The notes below the pieces were generated by a model. It searched no databases. It was given only the letters and a program-made list of their open reading frames with translations, and was not told the origin of the DNA. The translations under genes were made by a program, and so were the position numbers. This document shows, one piece after another, positions 28,017 to 38,881 of a stretch of 64,000 bases of DNA (positions are counted from its first letter, which is position 1; each line of letters begins with the position of its first letter). This DNA comes from Puniceicoccaceae bacterium (GTDB lineage Bacteria > Verrucomicrobiota > Verrucomicrobiia > Opitutales > Oceanipulchritudinaceae): the NCBI GenBank assembly GCA_040830765.1, contig JBFOMH010000001.1, positions 19,201 through 83,200 of the forward strand. The letters are read 5' to 3'.

Positions 28017-28805
28017 ATGAGAAGCCATGAAATAGATTATGAGATAATCGGTGACGACATGCAGATGGTCGAGGTGGAACTTGACCCAGGGGAAACCGTC
28101 ATCGCGGAAGCAGGTGCCATGAACTACATGGAACAGGATATCGACTTTGAGGCCCGGATGGGTGATGGGACCGAAGATGCCGGAGGCTTTCTGGGCAGTC
28201 TCGTCGGTGCCGGCAAGCGGGCGCTGACCGGTGAATCCATATTTATGACCCACTTTACCAACCGCGGGCTGGACAAGCGGAAAGTCGCCTTTGCCGCACC
28301 CTACCCGGGCCAGATCATCCCAGTCGACCTCTTGGAGACCAACGGGAGGATTTTATGCCAGAAGGACGCCTTTCTTTGTGCTGCCCTTGGTACCAATGTC
28401 AGCATCGCGTTCAACAAGCGTCTCGGGGCCGGCTTCCTGGGCGGTGAAGGATTTATCCTGCAAAAGCTTGAGGGCGACGGCATGGCCTTCCTCCACGCGG
28501 GCGGAACCATCGTCAAGAAAGAGCTTCAGGGCGAGACCCTGCGCATTGACACCGGTTGCATTGTCGCCTTCAGCGACACCGTTGATTACGACATCGAGCG
28601 GGCCGGTGGGCTCAAGTCGATGTTCTTCGGTGGCGAAGGGCTCTTCCTGGCCACTTTGCGCGGCTTTGGCACAGTCTACCTGCAGAGCCTCCCCTTCTCC
28701 CGCCTCGCGGACCGGATCATTGCCAGCGCCCCCCAGACGGGGGGCAGCCAGAAAGGTGAAGGATCCGTGGCAGGGTCCGTCTACCGAATGCTCAGCGGTG
28801 ACTAA
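28017..28805 (+). CDS. TIGR00266 / AIM24-family protein
   Basis: [62 protein letters not shown]. Confidence 0.88.
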   Translation: MRSHEIDYEIIGDDMQMVEVELDPGETVIAEAGAMNYMEQDIDFEARMGDGTEDAGGFLGSLVGAGKRALTGESIFMTHFTNRGLDKRKVAFAAPYPGQIIPVDLLETNGRILCQKDAFLCAALGTNVSIAFNKRLGAGFLGGEGFILQKLEGDGMAFLHAGGTIVKKELQGETLRIDTGCIVAFSDTVDYDIERAGGLKSMFFGGEGLFLATLRGFGTVYLQSLPFSRLADRIIASAPQTGGSQKGEGSVAGSVYRMLSGD

Positions 28806-28815
28806 ATCCGCTTGC

Positions 28816-29577
28816 CTATTCTGCCTCGTGCAGGATGGAGAGCTCGGGCAGGTAACGGAGAATCATGCTGTCCGTGCTTGTAAAAGAACTCTGGAAGGCC
28901 TTTAAGGTCGCTTCTGCTTCGTCCCCAAGTGCGCGTTGGATGAACTGCGGCATCGGCTCCTCCTCCGGCTCCATGTCGGCAAAGTCCTTGAATAACAAGG
29001 CCAGCGTGATGATGTTGCTTGGTTGGCCGTTTATCGGCATGTCGAAGACGTAATAAATTGGATAGTCGTGTTCAACGATTGCATTGTGGAATGCGTCCAC
29101 CCCCTGCATGAAGCTCTCCTTCATTCCCGGCTTGGTGTGATAGTGAATGATGGAAACCAGGCTGATCTCACTCATGTCGGGCATCCACCGAACATGCTTC
29201 TGGTCCAGACGGCCGATCCAACTGTGGGAATCCTCAACGTGCTCGCCTACCGTTTCCCAGAACATGTCACCGCCCTTTCCTCCAAATTCCGCATAGGCGT
29301 CCATATCCGCCCAGCTCACCGGTCCTGACCGGATGATACAGTCCCCGTCATCGACCCCATTCACAACACGATAGACCCACCATGTCCAGGGATCCCCGTT
29401 TTCCCTCCGCCAGGCGGCATGCTCGGCCAGGTCCGTGTAAAAGGCAGCAGCGTGTCCAGGCTTTATCTTGATGTGGTACATCTGGTTGACCTGCTCGCTT
29501 TCGGCCATGGCGGAGGTGGTACAGAGTCCAAGGGCCAGTGTTATCAATGTTCCTAACGTCAATTTGTGTAATCGCAT
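28816..29577 (-). CDS. Secreted hypothetical protein, tandem NIPSNAP/dimeric alpha-beta-barrel-like repeats
   Basis: Signal peptide; two repeats (KIKPGHAAAF...SWADMD and TKPGMKESF...DFADME); ends YLPELS; strong SD AAAGGAGA. Confidence 0.65.
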   Translation of the reverse strand: MRLHKLTLGTLITLALGLCTTSAMAESEQVNQMYHIKIKPGHAAAFYTDLAEHAAWRRENGDPWTWWVYRVVNGVDDGDCIIRSGPVSWADMDAYAEFGGKGGDMFWETVGEHVEDSHSWIGRLDQKHVRWMPDMSEISLVSIIHYHTKPGMKESFMQGVDAFHNAIVEHDYPIYYVFDMPINGQPSNIITLALLFKDFADMEPEEEPMPQFIQRALGDEAEATLKAFQSSFTSTDSMILRYLPELSILHEAE

Positions 29578-29746
29578 GCTGTTGTCTCCTTTTGGATAGG
29601 TTGCTTTCTCGTAAAAGCTCAGTTTGGTCCCTGCACTGGTAGGTAGTCAAACTTATTGGTTTAATAAGGCACACTTATGCCTTCCCGGACCTGATTGCCT
29701 CATTTTTGCCTTTCACTCCCCTTCCGGCTGGGATTCAATGTTCTTT

Positions 29747-30391
29747 ATGAAAGCATTTCCGGGAACTGTCCTCATTCTCTCCATCGGTCTCCTGATCGGT
29801 GGTTGCCAATCCGCCTACTACGCCACAATGGAAAAATTCGGCGTGGAAAAGCGGGACATCATGGTAGACCGGGTTGAGGATGCCCGCGACGCCCAGGAGG
29901 AAACCAAGGAGGAGTTTGCCGATGCACTGGAACAGTTTTCGGCCCTCGTCAATTACGAGGGGGATGAGCTGGAGGAGGTCTACGACAAGCTGAAAGCGAA
30001 ATTTGAGGACAGTGAGGCGGCGGCGAATGAAGTTCGCGACCGCATCCGCAGCATCGAGAGCGTATCAACCGACCTTTTCAGGGAATGGGACGAAGAGATT
30101 GAGCAATATACCAGTGCCAACCTGAAGCGCATGAGCCGGGAGGCCCGTCTGCAGACAGAGGAAAGCTATCTCGTGCTGATCAAGAAAATGAAGGCTGCGG
30201 AAGCGACCATGTATCCGGTACTCGACCTGTTCCGGGATCAGGTCCTTTTCCTCAAGCACAACCTGAACGCCCGGGCCATTGCCTCTCTCGATACCGAGGC
30301 CAGTGCAATCGAAGAGGAAGTGCGGAAGTTGATAGAGGAAATGAATGCCTCAATCGCCGAGGCCGATGCCTTTATCGCCTCCATGAAGTGA
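29747..30391 (+). CDS. DUF2959-family lipoprotein
   Basis: GCQSAYYATMEKFGVEKRDIMVDRV, LFLKHNLNARAI, MNASIAEADAFI. Confidence 0.85.
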   Translation: MKAFPGTVLILSIGLLIGGCQSAYYATMEKFGVEKRDIMVDRVEDARDAQEETKEEFADALEQFSALVNYEGDELEEVYDKLKAKFEDSEAAANEVRDRIRSIESVSTDLFREWDEEIEQYTSANLKRMSREARLQTEESYLVLIKKMKAAEATMYPVLDLFRDQVLFLKHNLNARAIASLDTEASAIEEEVRKLIEEMNASIAEADAFIASMK

Positions 30392-31495
30392 AGCTGATTC
30401 CGGTGGTCGCGCAGTCCTGATGGCATGGGAAAGTCCCTTGGTCAGGCGGGCCAGGGTCAGGTAGTCGATTTTCTCAGGTGTGTCCTCAGCGGTGTGATAG
30501 GGATTGGGAACACGAAAATTGGCGGTGTCAGTCACCATCATTCCCTGGATGCCCCGTTCGATAAATGCTGAATGATCGCTGCGCATGACATCCCCGACAA
30601 TTTCCGTGGGAATACTCAGTCCTTCCGATGGGACAGTTCCCACCTCCCGGTAACGTCCAATAATCTGTGTTATAAAGGACCGGGAGGAATAATCCCCGAC
30701 GAAGGCGACAAAATTGCCTGCATCCGGAAAATAGAATTGCAGGGGAAAGGGATGCAGCTGGGAGCCCGGTTCGTCGCTGAAGTTACCCAAGGTTTCGAGG
30801 GAAATCATGCCGAAAGGAAGTGACTTCCCGTTGCCAACGCGCTCGGCCAGCAGCAGGTCGGCAAAATAGTCACTACCGGAGAATCCGGCCATGCTGGCGG
30901 GGTGCTCCTCGCAGGTAAAGGCCACCAGCAGGACCGATACCTCCGGCCCGGCTTTAAGAAGATTCCGGCCAATTTCCAGAAGGCAGGCAACGCCGGCAGC
31001 GTTGTCATATGCTCCCGGACATCCGGACACGGTGTCATAATGCGCTCCGACAACCAGCAATGCTTCCGGAACAACGGATCCGGGAATCCGCACCCAGAAG
31101 TTGGTTACCTTCTGGTTTTCTATTTCATAGCGGCCATAACGAACGCCCACCCTGGAGCGGGCATCAATACTGCCCCGGATGGTATCCGCATCGAGAATGT
31201 AGTCCTGGCGGGTGGGATTGAATCCCAATCCCCTGAATGCCTCCTCCACCCAGCGTCCGGCCTCGGCCAGTCCTGACGGATTATAGATGCTCCGGTCGTA
31301 GGAGAGTGCCTCAACATCAGCACGAAGCCGCTCGGCAGACTTCATGAGGCCGCTATCCGGTTCCGGCGGCGGCCCCTGGTACGATTTCCCCGGCATGCCG
31401 ACTACCTGAAGGACAAGGAACAGGTGGGCCGCCAGGATGGGAAGGACAACCACTGCGGCCAGGACCAGAATGATGCGCACCAACCACTTCGACAT
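30350..31495 (-). CDS. M28-family peptidase, membrane-anchored
   Basis: VGAHYDT..CPGAYDNAAGVA, FTCEE, ISLETLG, RSDH, YHTAEDT. Confidence 0.85.
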   Translation of the reverse strand: MSKWLVRIILVLAAVVVLPILAAHLFLVLQVVGMPGKSYQGPPPEPDSGLMKSAERLRADVEALSYDRSIYNPSGLAEAGRWVEEAFRGLGFNPTRQDYILDADTIRGSIDARSRVGVRYGRYEIENQKVTNFWVRIPGSVVPEALLVVGAHYDTVSGCPGAYDNAAGVACLLEIGRNLLKAGPEVSVLLVAFTCEEHPASMAGFSGSDYFADLLLAERVGNGKSLPFGMISLETLGNFSDEPGSQLHPFPLQFYFPDAGNFVAFVGDYSSRSFITQIIGRYREVGTVPSEGLSIPTEIVGDVMRSDHSAFIERGIQGMMVTDTANFRVPNPYHTAEDTPEKIDYLTLARLTKGLSHAIRTARPPESASLHGGDKGIGLGD

Positions 31496-31658
31496 GGACC
31501 CAGCCTATGACGCAGGTTCCATTCGATCAATTGAATTATCCGGATGACGCGAAATTGGGGACGCGCAACCTGTTGACAGCGGGCCAGCAAATCCCTACAC
31601 CAGTATTTCGGTAAATAGCGGCCTTAACGCGGGTTTATTATCAAAAAAAGGATCAATC

Positions 31659-31961
31659 ATGGGTATTCTCGGATTTCTGGTACAGGTTGGGACAGCTTGT
31701 TGGGTTGTTTATTTGGGCTATGTGTTTGATTTGAACTTTATCATTCTGCTTCTCGCTCCCCTCGGCTTTATCTTTGGCCATGTCATCAAGACAAATGCCC
31801 GCTCCTCGTCCAAGAAGAACGAGCGCGGATTCAACGCCATCTCCGGGTTCTTCTCCGGCTATTTTGTTGGCTTGGTTGCCGTGGCTATCTTCTTCGGAAT
31901 TGGTTACGGACTGTTCCATATTCTGGAGATGCGTCCGGCAGAGGGCGTGGGTCGCTATTAG
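31659..31961 (+). CDS. Small hypothetical membrane protein (about 3 TM)
   Basis: Hydrophobic ORF with SD (AAGGA) and an upstream TTGACA at 31573. Confidence 0.55.
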   Translation: MGILGFLVQVGTACWVVYLGYVFDLNFIILLLAPLGFIFGHVIKTNARSSSKKNERGFNAISGFFSGYFVGLVAVAIFFGIGYGLFHILEMRPAEGVGRY

Positions 31962-32005
31962 CATTTCTTAAAGCCAATCAACCGATCGGTCATCACTCTC
32001 CCAAT

Positions 32006-33502
32006 ATGCCGGCCCGCTACATACTCGCGATTGACCAGGGAACGACCAGTTCCCGGGCCATTCTTTTTGACCATTCGGGCAGTATCCACGCTCTGGCACA
32101 ACAGGAGTTCAAGCAGCATTATCCACAGCCCGGCTGGGTGGAACATGATCCGGAGGACATCTGGAAAAGCCAGTGTGCCGTCATCGAACAGGTCCTATCG
32201 GAGTCCGGCACTGGAAAAGATGAGATTGCAGGCATCGGCATCACCAACCAGCGGGAAACAACGGTTGTCTGGGACCGCCATACCGGACAGCCGATTCATC
32301 GGGCCATCGTCTGGCAAGACCGCCGAACCGCCAGCATGTGCGAGGAACTGAAGCGCGAAAAGCTCGAACCTATCTTCCGCGAAAAATCCGGCCTCTTGCT
32401 CGATCCGTACTTTTCAGGAACGAAACTCAGCTGGCTCCTCACTCATGTTGAGGGGGCTGCAGAACGGGCGGCGGCTGGCGATCTGCTTTTTGGAACCATC
32501 GACAGCTGGCTGGTTTGGAAGTTGACCAATGGTCAGGTCCATGTGACCGACGTGACAAATGCCAGCCGGACCCTCCTGATGAACATCCAAACCGGGCAGT
32601 GGGATGAGGAGCTGCTCCAGATTCTTGGTATTCCCGGGGAGGTCCTGCCGTCCATCTGCTCCTGCAGTGAAATTCTGGGGATGGTGGAGACCGTGTCCGG
32701 TATCGAGGGCCTTCCTATCGCCGGTATCGCTGGTGATCAGCAGGCTGCCCTTTTTGGCCAGGCCTGCTTTGAACCGGGGATGGTCAAAAACACCTATGGG
32801 ACCGGTTGCTTCCTTTTGATGAACACAGGGAACGAAGCGATCCCCTCCCGGAATAACCTATTAACAACCGTTGCCTGGGGACTGGATGGAAAGCTGACCT
32901 ATGCTTTGGAGGGTTCGGTCTTTATTGGCGGGGCGGTCGTCCAGTGGCTCCGGGACGAACTTGGCATTATCCAGTCTGCGCAGGAATGTGACCAGTTGGC
33001 TGAGACCGTTGAGACTAGCGAAGGACTTTTCATTGTACCGGCCTTCACTGGACTCGGGGCACCCCACTGGGATCCCTACGCCAGGGGCATTGCCGTGGGC
33101 ATTACCCGAGGGACCAACAAGGCGCACTTTTGTCGGGCGGCACTGGATTCGATTGCCTACCAGTCCGCGGACCTGATCACCAGTATGGAAAAGGACAGCG
33201 GGCTGCACCTGAAGGAACTGCGCGTTGACGGTGGGGCCTCGCGCAGCAATCCGTTGCTGCAATTCCAGGCCGACCTGTTGCAGGCCGATGTAGTCCGTCC
33301 GGAATGTATTGAGACCACCGCCTTGGGAGCTGCCTACCTAGCCGGTCTTGCCGTTGGTTTCTGGAACAGTCGTGAGGACATTATCGAAAATTGGCAGGAA
33401 GCGTCCCGCCACCAACCGGGAATCAGGCTGTCGGATGCAGCGAAAAGTCAGTCCCAATGGGCTCGGGCAGTTGAGCGTTCCAAGGGTTGGGAAGGGGCTT
33501 GA
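32006..33502 (+). CDS. glpK: Glycerol kinase
   Basis: [62 protein letters not shown]. Confidence 0.96.
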   Translation: MPARYILAIDQGTTSSRAILFDHSGSIHALAQQEFKQHYPQPGWVEHDPEDIWKSQCAVIEQVLSESGTGKDEIAGIGITNQRETTVVWDRHTGQPIHRAIVWQDRRTASMCEELKREKLEPIFREKSGLLLDPYFSGTKLSWLLTHVEGAAERAAAGDLLFGTIDSWLVWKLTNGQVHVTDVTNASRTLLMNIQTGQWDEELLQILGIPGEVLPSICSCSEILGMVETVSGIEGLPIAGIAGDQQAALFGQACFEPGMVKNTYGTGCFLLMNTGNEAIPSRNNLLTTVAWGLDGKLTYALEGSVFIGGAVVQWLRDELGIIQSAQECDQLAETVETSEGLFIVPAFTGLGAPHWDPYARGIAVGITRGTNKAHFCRAALDSIAYQSADLITSMEKDSGLHLKELRVDGGASRSNPLLQFQADLLQADVVRPECIETTALGAAYLAGLAVGFWNSREDIIENWQEASRHQPGIRLSDAAKSQSQWARAVERSKGWEGA

Positions 33503-33562
33503 ACCCCACAACCGGGTTCTATCAAGGCATGTCAGGAATTTCCTCCTGTCTCCGCCAAGGTC

Positions 33563-34918
33563 TTACTGCCCAGTGGCTATTGCTTCTGAATCCTGCCAAA
33601 TGACCTTGTTGCTTAACTGGTCGTCGAGCGTATCGCCCCGCACCCCATCCGTGTAGATAAAGGAAGGATATGCAGGCATCTGATTGAAGCCGGTGGGTCG
33701 CTCGATGTTTGGCATCCAGCGGGGGGACTCCGGATCCGGTTGATGCAGCACGACAGACTTGAATGTGTTCGCACCGTCCGGGGATCGGAAGCAGACCAAC
33801 TCGGTTGTCGGATGACCCCACTCATGTTCGTCGATTGGTACCTGCATCACTGTCCCGACAAGTGTTGGCTGACCGGAGGAACCGAAGGCAATGCCTCCGT
33901 GCATGAACAGGTCCCAATCACGGAATTCCGAGGGCAAAAACGGGTTCAGGTGCAGATTCTTCCAGCCACCCTCTTCCATGGGCGATGCAAGATATGCCTG
34001 GCAGGATTCCTGAATTCGCACCCCGTAAGGCAGGTAGGGTTTGCCTGCCTCGTCCACCCCAATGGAACCGGCATGGAGGATGCGATTTTCCCTTCCGTTT
34101 CCACGCGCGATGATGTCTGCCGTATCCGCCGTGGCCGGTAGCTCAACCTGTTTTCCATTGCTCAGAAACCAAGTCTTTCCGCTATTCGGGCTGACGAGAT
34201 AGGCAACGGTGCTGAGAGCGACTTTCATGTCGTCTTCCGGCATTTCATAGATGCGGGTACCGAGATGGAGCGTCTGGTGGTCGGGACCCCAGGCAAGGGA
34301 TGCCGCAAACTGGGCATAAATGCCATGTCGCGAACGCAGGATGGCCCCTTGACGCTGCCATGCCTCACCGGGCGGCTTGCGCCACAACTCCAATTCCCAT
34401 GGTTGTTCGTCGTAGCTGCGCCGGGCAACCATAATGAGCGTCCCATCCTTGGCGCAGACAAGGGCCGGATAGGTTAGGTTCGTGCCAAACTCTTCATAAT
34501 CGGTCCACTCGGAAGCATCATTAGGGCGAACGGAACGGCGATACCGGAACGGATGGTGGTGGGAATAATAAAGGACATGCAAGTACCCGTGCTGGTCGAT
34601 TGTCAGTGCCGGCCCACCATGATTGTCGGTGGCCTCTCCAATTGTCCAAACCTCCGACCATGCTCCGCTTTCCTGGTCAAGGGTCCTGGTCCGTACCCGG
34701 AAACCTTCGGATGGCGAGTCCAGCCAGGCGACGTGGGTTTTTCCTGAAAATGAGACGATTTTGGGTGATTCGAGATAAGCGGTGGCCCGTCCTGAACCTT
34801 CCTCGGAAAGGGTGAACGATACTCCCTCCAGACCAAAGGGAACTCCCTGTAAGATTAGATAATAGCTGAACCAGCGTACCGTTCTTTTAAGAAATCGTTC
34901 AGGAATATAAATCATCAC
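33563..34918 (-). CDS. BNR-repeat (BNR_4-like) beta-propeller protein, probable secreted carbohydrate-active enzyme
   Basis: DNHGGPALTID..GYLHV.Y..H, LTYP, Asp-boxes SPNSGKTW and SPDGANTF. Confidence 0.72.
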   Translation of the reverse strand: MMIYIPERFLKRTVRWFSYYLILQGVPFGLEGVSFTLSEEGSGRATAYLESPKIVSFSGKTHVAWLDSPSEGFRVRTRTLDQESGAWSEVWTIGEATDNHGGPALTIDQHGYLHVLYYSHHHPFRYRRSVRPNDASEWTDYEEFGTNLTYPALVCAKDGTLIMVARRSYDEQPWELELWRKPPGEAWQRQGAILRSRHGIYAQFAASLAWGPDHQTLHLGTRIYEMPEDDMKVALSTVAYLVSPNSGKTWFLSNGKQVELPATADTADIIARGNGRENRILHAGSIGVDEAGKPYLPYGVRIQESCQAYLASPMEEGGWKNLHLNPFLPSEFRDWDLFMHGGIAFGSSGQPTLVGTVMQVPIDEHEWGHPTTELVCFRSPDGANTFKSVVLHQPDPESPRWMPNIERPTGFNQMPAYPSFIYTDGVRGDTLDDQLSNKVIWQDSEAIATGQ

Positions 34919-35045
34919 AAAGGAGCATTAAGAAGGTACTGGATATGTGATCCCGGTGTGAATGGTACCGGTATTTTACGGTAACAAGGGAAACCCACTG
35001 CCTGTTGCCGTTGCATCGCCTTGAATGAATGGACATTCTCTCCTC

Positions 35046-36683
35046 ATGCTTGGTCTGCATCCCATCGATATCCTGGTTCTTCTGGCCTACCTTGCTGGCG
35101 TGACGGCACTGGGATTCTTCTCCATCCGCAAGGTCAAGGTGGTCAGTGACTTCATCATGCCGCGCCGTTTCGGCAAATGGATGCTGCTCATGCACGCCTT
35201 TGGCAGCGGAACCCATTCCGACCAGGCGGTGGCCGTTGCCTCCAAGACCTATACCAGCGGACTCTCGGGGATCTGGTACCAGTGGCTGTATCTCTTCGGG
35301 ACCCCGTTTTACTGGCTTATCGCCCCGGTGTTGCGGCGCTTCCGGGCCCTGACAACAGCGGACATCTTTGAACTGCGTTTTAACCGCAGCGTGGCCACCC
35401 TGTACGCCATCATCAGCATCGCGATGATGATCACCACCATCGGGCTGATGCTGAAAGGCTCGGGAGCCGTCATCGCCGGGGCCAGTGGAGGAGCCATTTC
35501 CTCCAATACCGCGATTATCCTGATGACCGTCCTCTTTGTTGCCTATGGGACAGCCGGTGGATTGGGGGCGGCTATCCTGACGGATTTTGTCCAGGGCATC
35601 CTGACCATCATTTTTTCCATCATCCTGCTCCCTTCAGTTTTGATCGCTGTTGGCGGAATGGATGGCGTCCGGGCAACGATCCAGGATCCGCACATGTTTT
35701 CCCTTGCTGCTCCGGAGGGAATCGGGGTGTTTTACATCGCGATTATCTCCATCAATGCGCTGGTGGGGATTGTTACCCAGCCCCACATTTTGGCCAACTG
35801 CGCCGCCGGGCGTACCGAACGGGAGGGGCAATTCGGCTTTATGGCCGGTAGCCTGACCAAGCGTTTCTGCACAGTGGCCTGGTGCCTCACCGGTCTGGCC
35901 GGAGTGGCCTACTTCGCCGGCCAGGAGATTCATCCCGACCACCTCTACGGACTGCTGGCCAACGAATTTCTTCCCGCCCTGCTGCCAGGAGCCCTTGGTT
36001 TGTTCATCGCCACCCTCCTGGCCTCCGTCATGAGCTCCTGCGACTCCTTCATGATTGCTGCTTCCGCCCTCTTTACGCGGAATGTCTACAAGCCGGCCAT
36101 GCCCGGCAAAAGTGACAAGCATTACTTGGTCGCCGCTCGGGTCGCCTCCGTCTGTGTCGTCGTCCTGGGCGTCCTCTATGCTTACTGGCTGGACGGGGTT
36201 ATCCAAGGCCTGGAAATTCTCTGGAAAATCGGCCCCATGATGGGCATTGCCTTCTGGCTCGGCCTTTTCTGGCGCCGGACCACCCCGTCGGGGGCCTTGG
36301 TCTCCGCCTTGGCAGCCCTGGCCATGTGGTGGGTCGGGTCGCATGTCATCACCGACATGAGCCTGCCCTGGCAAATGATCCTTTACCTCTCCGTCGGATT
36401 GATAGCCGGGATCGGGGTAAGTCTCTTTACCAAGCCGACAAATCCAGAGAACCTGGAACGCTACTATGCTCTCCTGCGCACACCGGTCCTGACGGAGGAA
36501 GGCAACCCCGGGGAGCCCTGCCAGATTCCGCAAGGCATGATCCCACTCCCCCGCCGGGTGATTTTCCCCTCCACCCAACTGGAGATTCCCGTCCCTTCAA
36601 AGCGGGCCCTTTCCGGGTTTCTCATTGGCTGGTTCTGTGTCATCACGATCATCCTTGGTGTCTACTGGATTTCCATCGGTTAA
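35046..36683 (+). CDS. Sodium:solute symporter (SSS family)
   Basis: Multi-TM; GLSGIWYQW, GGLGAAILTDFVQG, LASVMSSCD. Start set at 35046 on promoter spacing (ORF track gives 35025). Confidence 0.9.
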   Translation: MLGLHPIDILVLLAYLAGVTALGFFSIRKVKVVSDFIMPRRFGKWMLLMHAFGSGTHSDQAVAVASKTYTSGLSGIWYQWLYLFGTPFYWLIAPVLRRFRALTTADIFELRFNRSVATLYAIISIAMMITTIGLMLKGSGAVIAGASGGAISSNTAIILMTVLFVAYGTAGGLGAAILTDFVQGILTIIFSIILLPSVLIAVGGMDGVRATIQDPHMFSLAAPEGIGVFYIAIISINALVGIVTQPHILANCAAGRTEREGQFGFMAGSLTKRFCTVAWCLTGLAGVAYFAGQEIHPDHLYGLLANEFLPALLPGALGLFIATLLASVMSSCDSFMIAASALFTRNVYKPAMPGKSDKHYLVAARVASVCVVVLGVLYAYWLDGVIQGLEILWKIGPMMGIAFWLGLFWRRTTPSGALVSALAALAMWWVGSHVITDMSLPWQMILYLSVGLIAGIGVSLFTKPTNPENLERYYALLRTPVLTEEGNPGEPCQIPQGMIPLPRRVIFPSTQLEIPVPSKRALSGFLIGWFCVITIILGVYWISIG

Positions 36684-36692
36684 CTTGTATCC

Positions 36693-38093
36693 ATGAATAA
36701 CTACATGAAAAAGTTTCTTCATCACTCGCCTCAAATCATTGCTTTGGCGCTGGCCCTTGTTGTGACCGGCCTACCTCTTCCCGCAGGTGTTCCCGTCCGG
36801 TTGTTCAACCCGGATTACCTTGAAGGGGACTGCAGCTACCACAGCCTGACCGCGGCATCTGACGGCAGGATTTACTTCACCATCGGCACCCATCACGACC
36901 AGTCGGCGGCGCGGATTTACCGGTTTAACGCATCCAGTGAGTCCATTGATGAAATTGGCGACCTGACCGAGATCCTCGGGGATAATCCATCGAGACAAAT
37001 CCTCCACGGAAAGATTCACACACCACTGATCGAGGATGAGGGTTACCTCTACTTCTCCACCCACACATCCTCCTATGATGGAAACCTGCCAAATATCCGT
37101 CCAGCGGATGGACGAGCCCCCTACCCGGGCGGATTCCTCATGCGTTATGAACTGGCTTCCGGAACCTACGAGAAACTGGCTCAACTTCAGCTGCCCAGCG
37201 AGGGCATCATCACTCTGACGATGGATACTGCCGGAGACACCCTCTATGCCCTGACCTGGCCGACAGGGCTCCTTCTCAGCTACAATCTGGAGGAGGGCCT
37301 TCTTTTGAATTGGGGAGCTGTGCAGGAACGTGGAGAATGGGGCCTTTTGCCGGGCGAATGGAGTTTCATCTGTCGCCGACTGGCGATGGATGATGCCGGC
37401 AACCTGTTCGGCTCGACGGACACCGGACGGGTGTGGAAATTTAACAATGGTCTGCAACGTCCAGTTGAGTATCTGCCGGGATTGAATGTAGCCGATGTGG
37501 CACCTGCCCAGGAGAGCGCGTTTGAATTACTGCCGGAACCGCATTATTTCTGGTTCAACTGGCGGACTATCCTCTGGAACCCCAACACCGCCAGCTTCTG
37601 GGGCTTGCAGGGAGGCAGTACCCAATTGTTTGAGTTTGATCCCAGCGACCAATCCCTGCAATCGGTACATTCCATGCGGCCGACTACCGTAACTGCCGAC
37701 TCGCGGCGTAATCCATTCCGCACCCAATTGGGTTTTGCCCTTTGTCCGGACAACACTCTCGCCTACCTTGCCCACGCGCCGGGCATCGAAACCGAAGGCC
37801 GTGAGACCTTGGCCACCTCTGTCCACTTGCTGACCTATGCCATTGATTCGGGTGAATTTACGGACCACGGGCCATTAATGGCGGCCAATGATTCCCGGGT
37901 CTTTTTTGCCGAAAGTCTTGAACTGGGCCTCGACGGTCATCTCTACACCGTTGCCTGGGTGGAAAGCACGGATCCGGCGAAGCGCGAAGCCGTTCAAAAG
38001 GCCCGAGGCAAAGCAGCACCCAAGGAAACAGAGGAAGTCATCTACGAAATCCAGTTGGTCCAGTTGCCGAAGTGGGACGAGCTGATGGATTAA
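36693..38093 (+). CDS. Secreted hypothetical beta-propeller protein
   Basis: Signal peptide; SYHSLTAASDGRIYF, HGKIHT, GYLYFSTH and repeated blade-like D-G-x-x-Y motifs. Confidence 0.7.
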   Translation: MNNYMKKFLHHSPQIIALALALVVTGLPLPAGVPVRLFNPDYLEGDCSYHSLTAASDGRIYFTIGTHHDQSAARIYRFNASSESIDEIGDLTEILGDNPSRQILHGKIHTPLIEDEGYLYFSTHTSSYDGNLPNIRPADGRAPYPGGFLMRYELASGTYEKLAQLQLPSEGIITLTMDTAGDTLYALTWPTGLLLSYNLEEGLLLNWGAVQERGEWGLLPGEWSFICRRLAMDDAGNLFGSTDTGRVWKFNNGLQRPVEYLPGLNVADVAPAQESAFELLPEPHYFWFNWRTILWNPNTASFWGLQGGSTQLFEFDPSDQSLQSVHSMRPTTVTADSRRNPFRTQLGFALCPDNTLAYLAHAPGIETEGRETLATSVHLLTYAIDSGEFTDHGPLMAANDSRVFFAESLELGLDGHLYTVAWVESTDPAKREAVQKARGKAAPKETEEVIYEIQLVQLPKWDELMD

Positions 38094-38881
38094 AGCAGGG
38101 AGGCCGATTCCGGCTCCAGGAATAACCTCGCCCGGGAATGGCGCCGCATCAAGGTCGCCGGGCATTCCGTACCAATGGGCCCTAACAGGGTGTTGGCAAC
38201 GGCCTGGGCCTTCGTCCTCGCAGGGACGACACAACTCAAGCAATGGGCCTGGACAAAAACGCTGAGGGTTAGCGTGATGGCGTGCGTAGGAACAGACTCC
38301 AGATCGGGAAAGCATCCATCATTGACCTGCTGCTGGCGGCAGACCGTATCCATCTCAACCACTTTGACCAAACGCGGATCCTCAAAGTCAGCTACTGGCG
38401 GATCATTAAAGGCCAGATGCCCGTTTTCGCCAATCCCACAGCAGGCCAGGTCAATTGGCGCTTCGGCAAGAAGCTCTTCGAGGCGACGACACTCCGCTTC
38501 CGGGTCTCCAGCCTCCCCCTGAATGGCATGGAACGCCTTAACGGGTATCTTAGAGATGAAGTGCTCCTGCTGATACTTACGGAAACTCTGCGGGTGGTCA
38601 CCCGCAAGCCCGATGTATTCGTCCATGTGAAAAACGACCACACGTGACCAGTCGACATCCGGCTCAACCGTCGCAGCGACAAGATTGGCGAAAAACTCGT
38701 CTTGCGAGGGCGCGCTGCCAACGACAATACGCACCTCCTCCTGATCCTGCAGCAGTTTGTTGAGGATATCCTTTACATGGACAGCCGCGGCACGTCCCAT
38801 GGTCTCGCGGTTGGCGTAGACGGCCGCCTTGAGGAGATCTGCCTGCAGGAGCCTTAGGGGTTCTTGCGTGAATTCATTCAT
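38090..38881 (-). CDS. nagB: Glucosamine-6-phosphate deaminase-like (NagB/isomerase family)
   Basis: FHMDEYIGL...HPQSF, GIGENGHLAFNDPP, CRQQQV, CPAT..R.H; ATGA overlap with nagA-like stop. Confidence 0.75.
   Translation of the reverse strand: MNEFTQEPLRLLQADLLKAAVYANRETMGRAAAVHVKDILNKLLQDQEEVRIVVGSAPSQDEFFANLVAATVEPDVDWSRVVVFHMDEYIGLAGDHPQSFRKYQQEHFISKIPVKAFHAIQGEAGDPEAECRRLEELLAEAPIDLACCGIGENGHLAFNDPPVADFEDPRLVKVVEMDTVCRQQQVNDGCFPDLESVPTHAITLTLSVFVQAHCLSCVVPARTKAQAVANTLLGPIGTECPATLMRRHSRARLFLEPESASLL

Noticed and set aside
30350..30391. 42-bp convergent overlap of DUF2959 and M28 peptidase 3' ends
   Set aside because: Short tail-to-tail overlaps are common; most likely stop-codon drift.
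33501..33520. Small hairpin after glpK as a terminator
   Set aside because: Weak stem and no U-tract.
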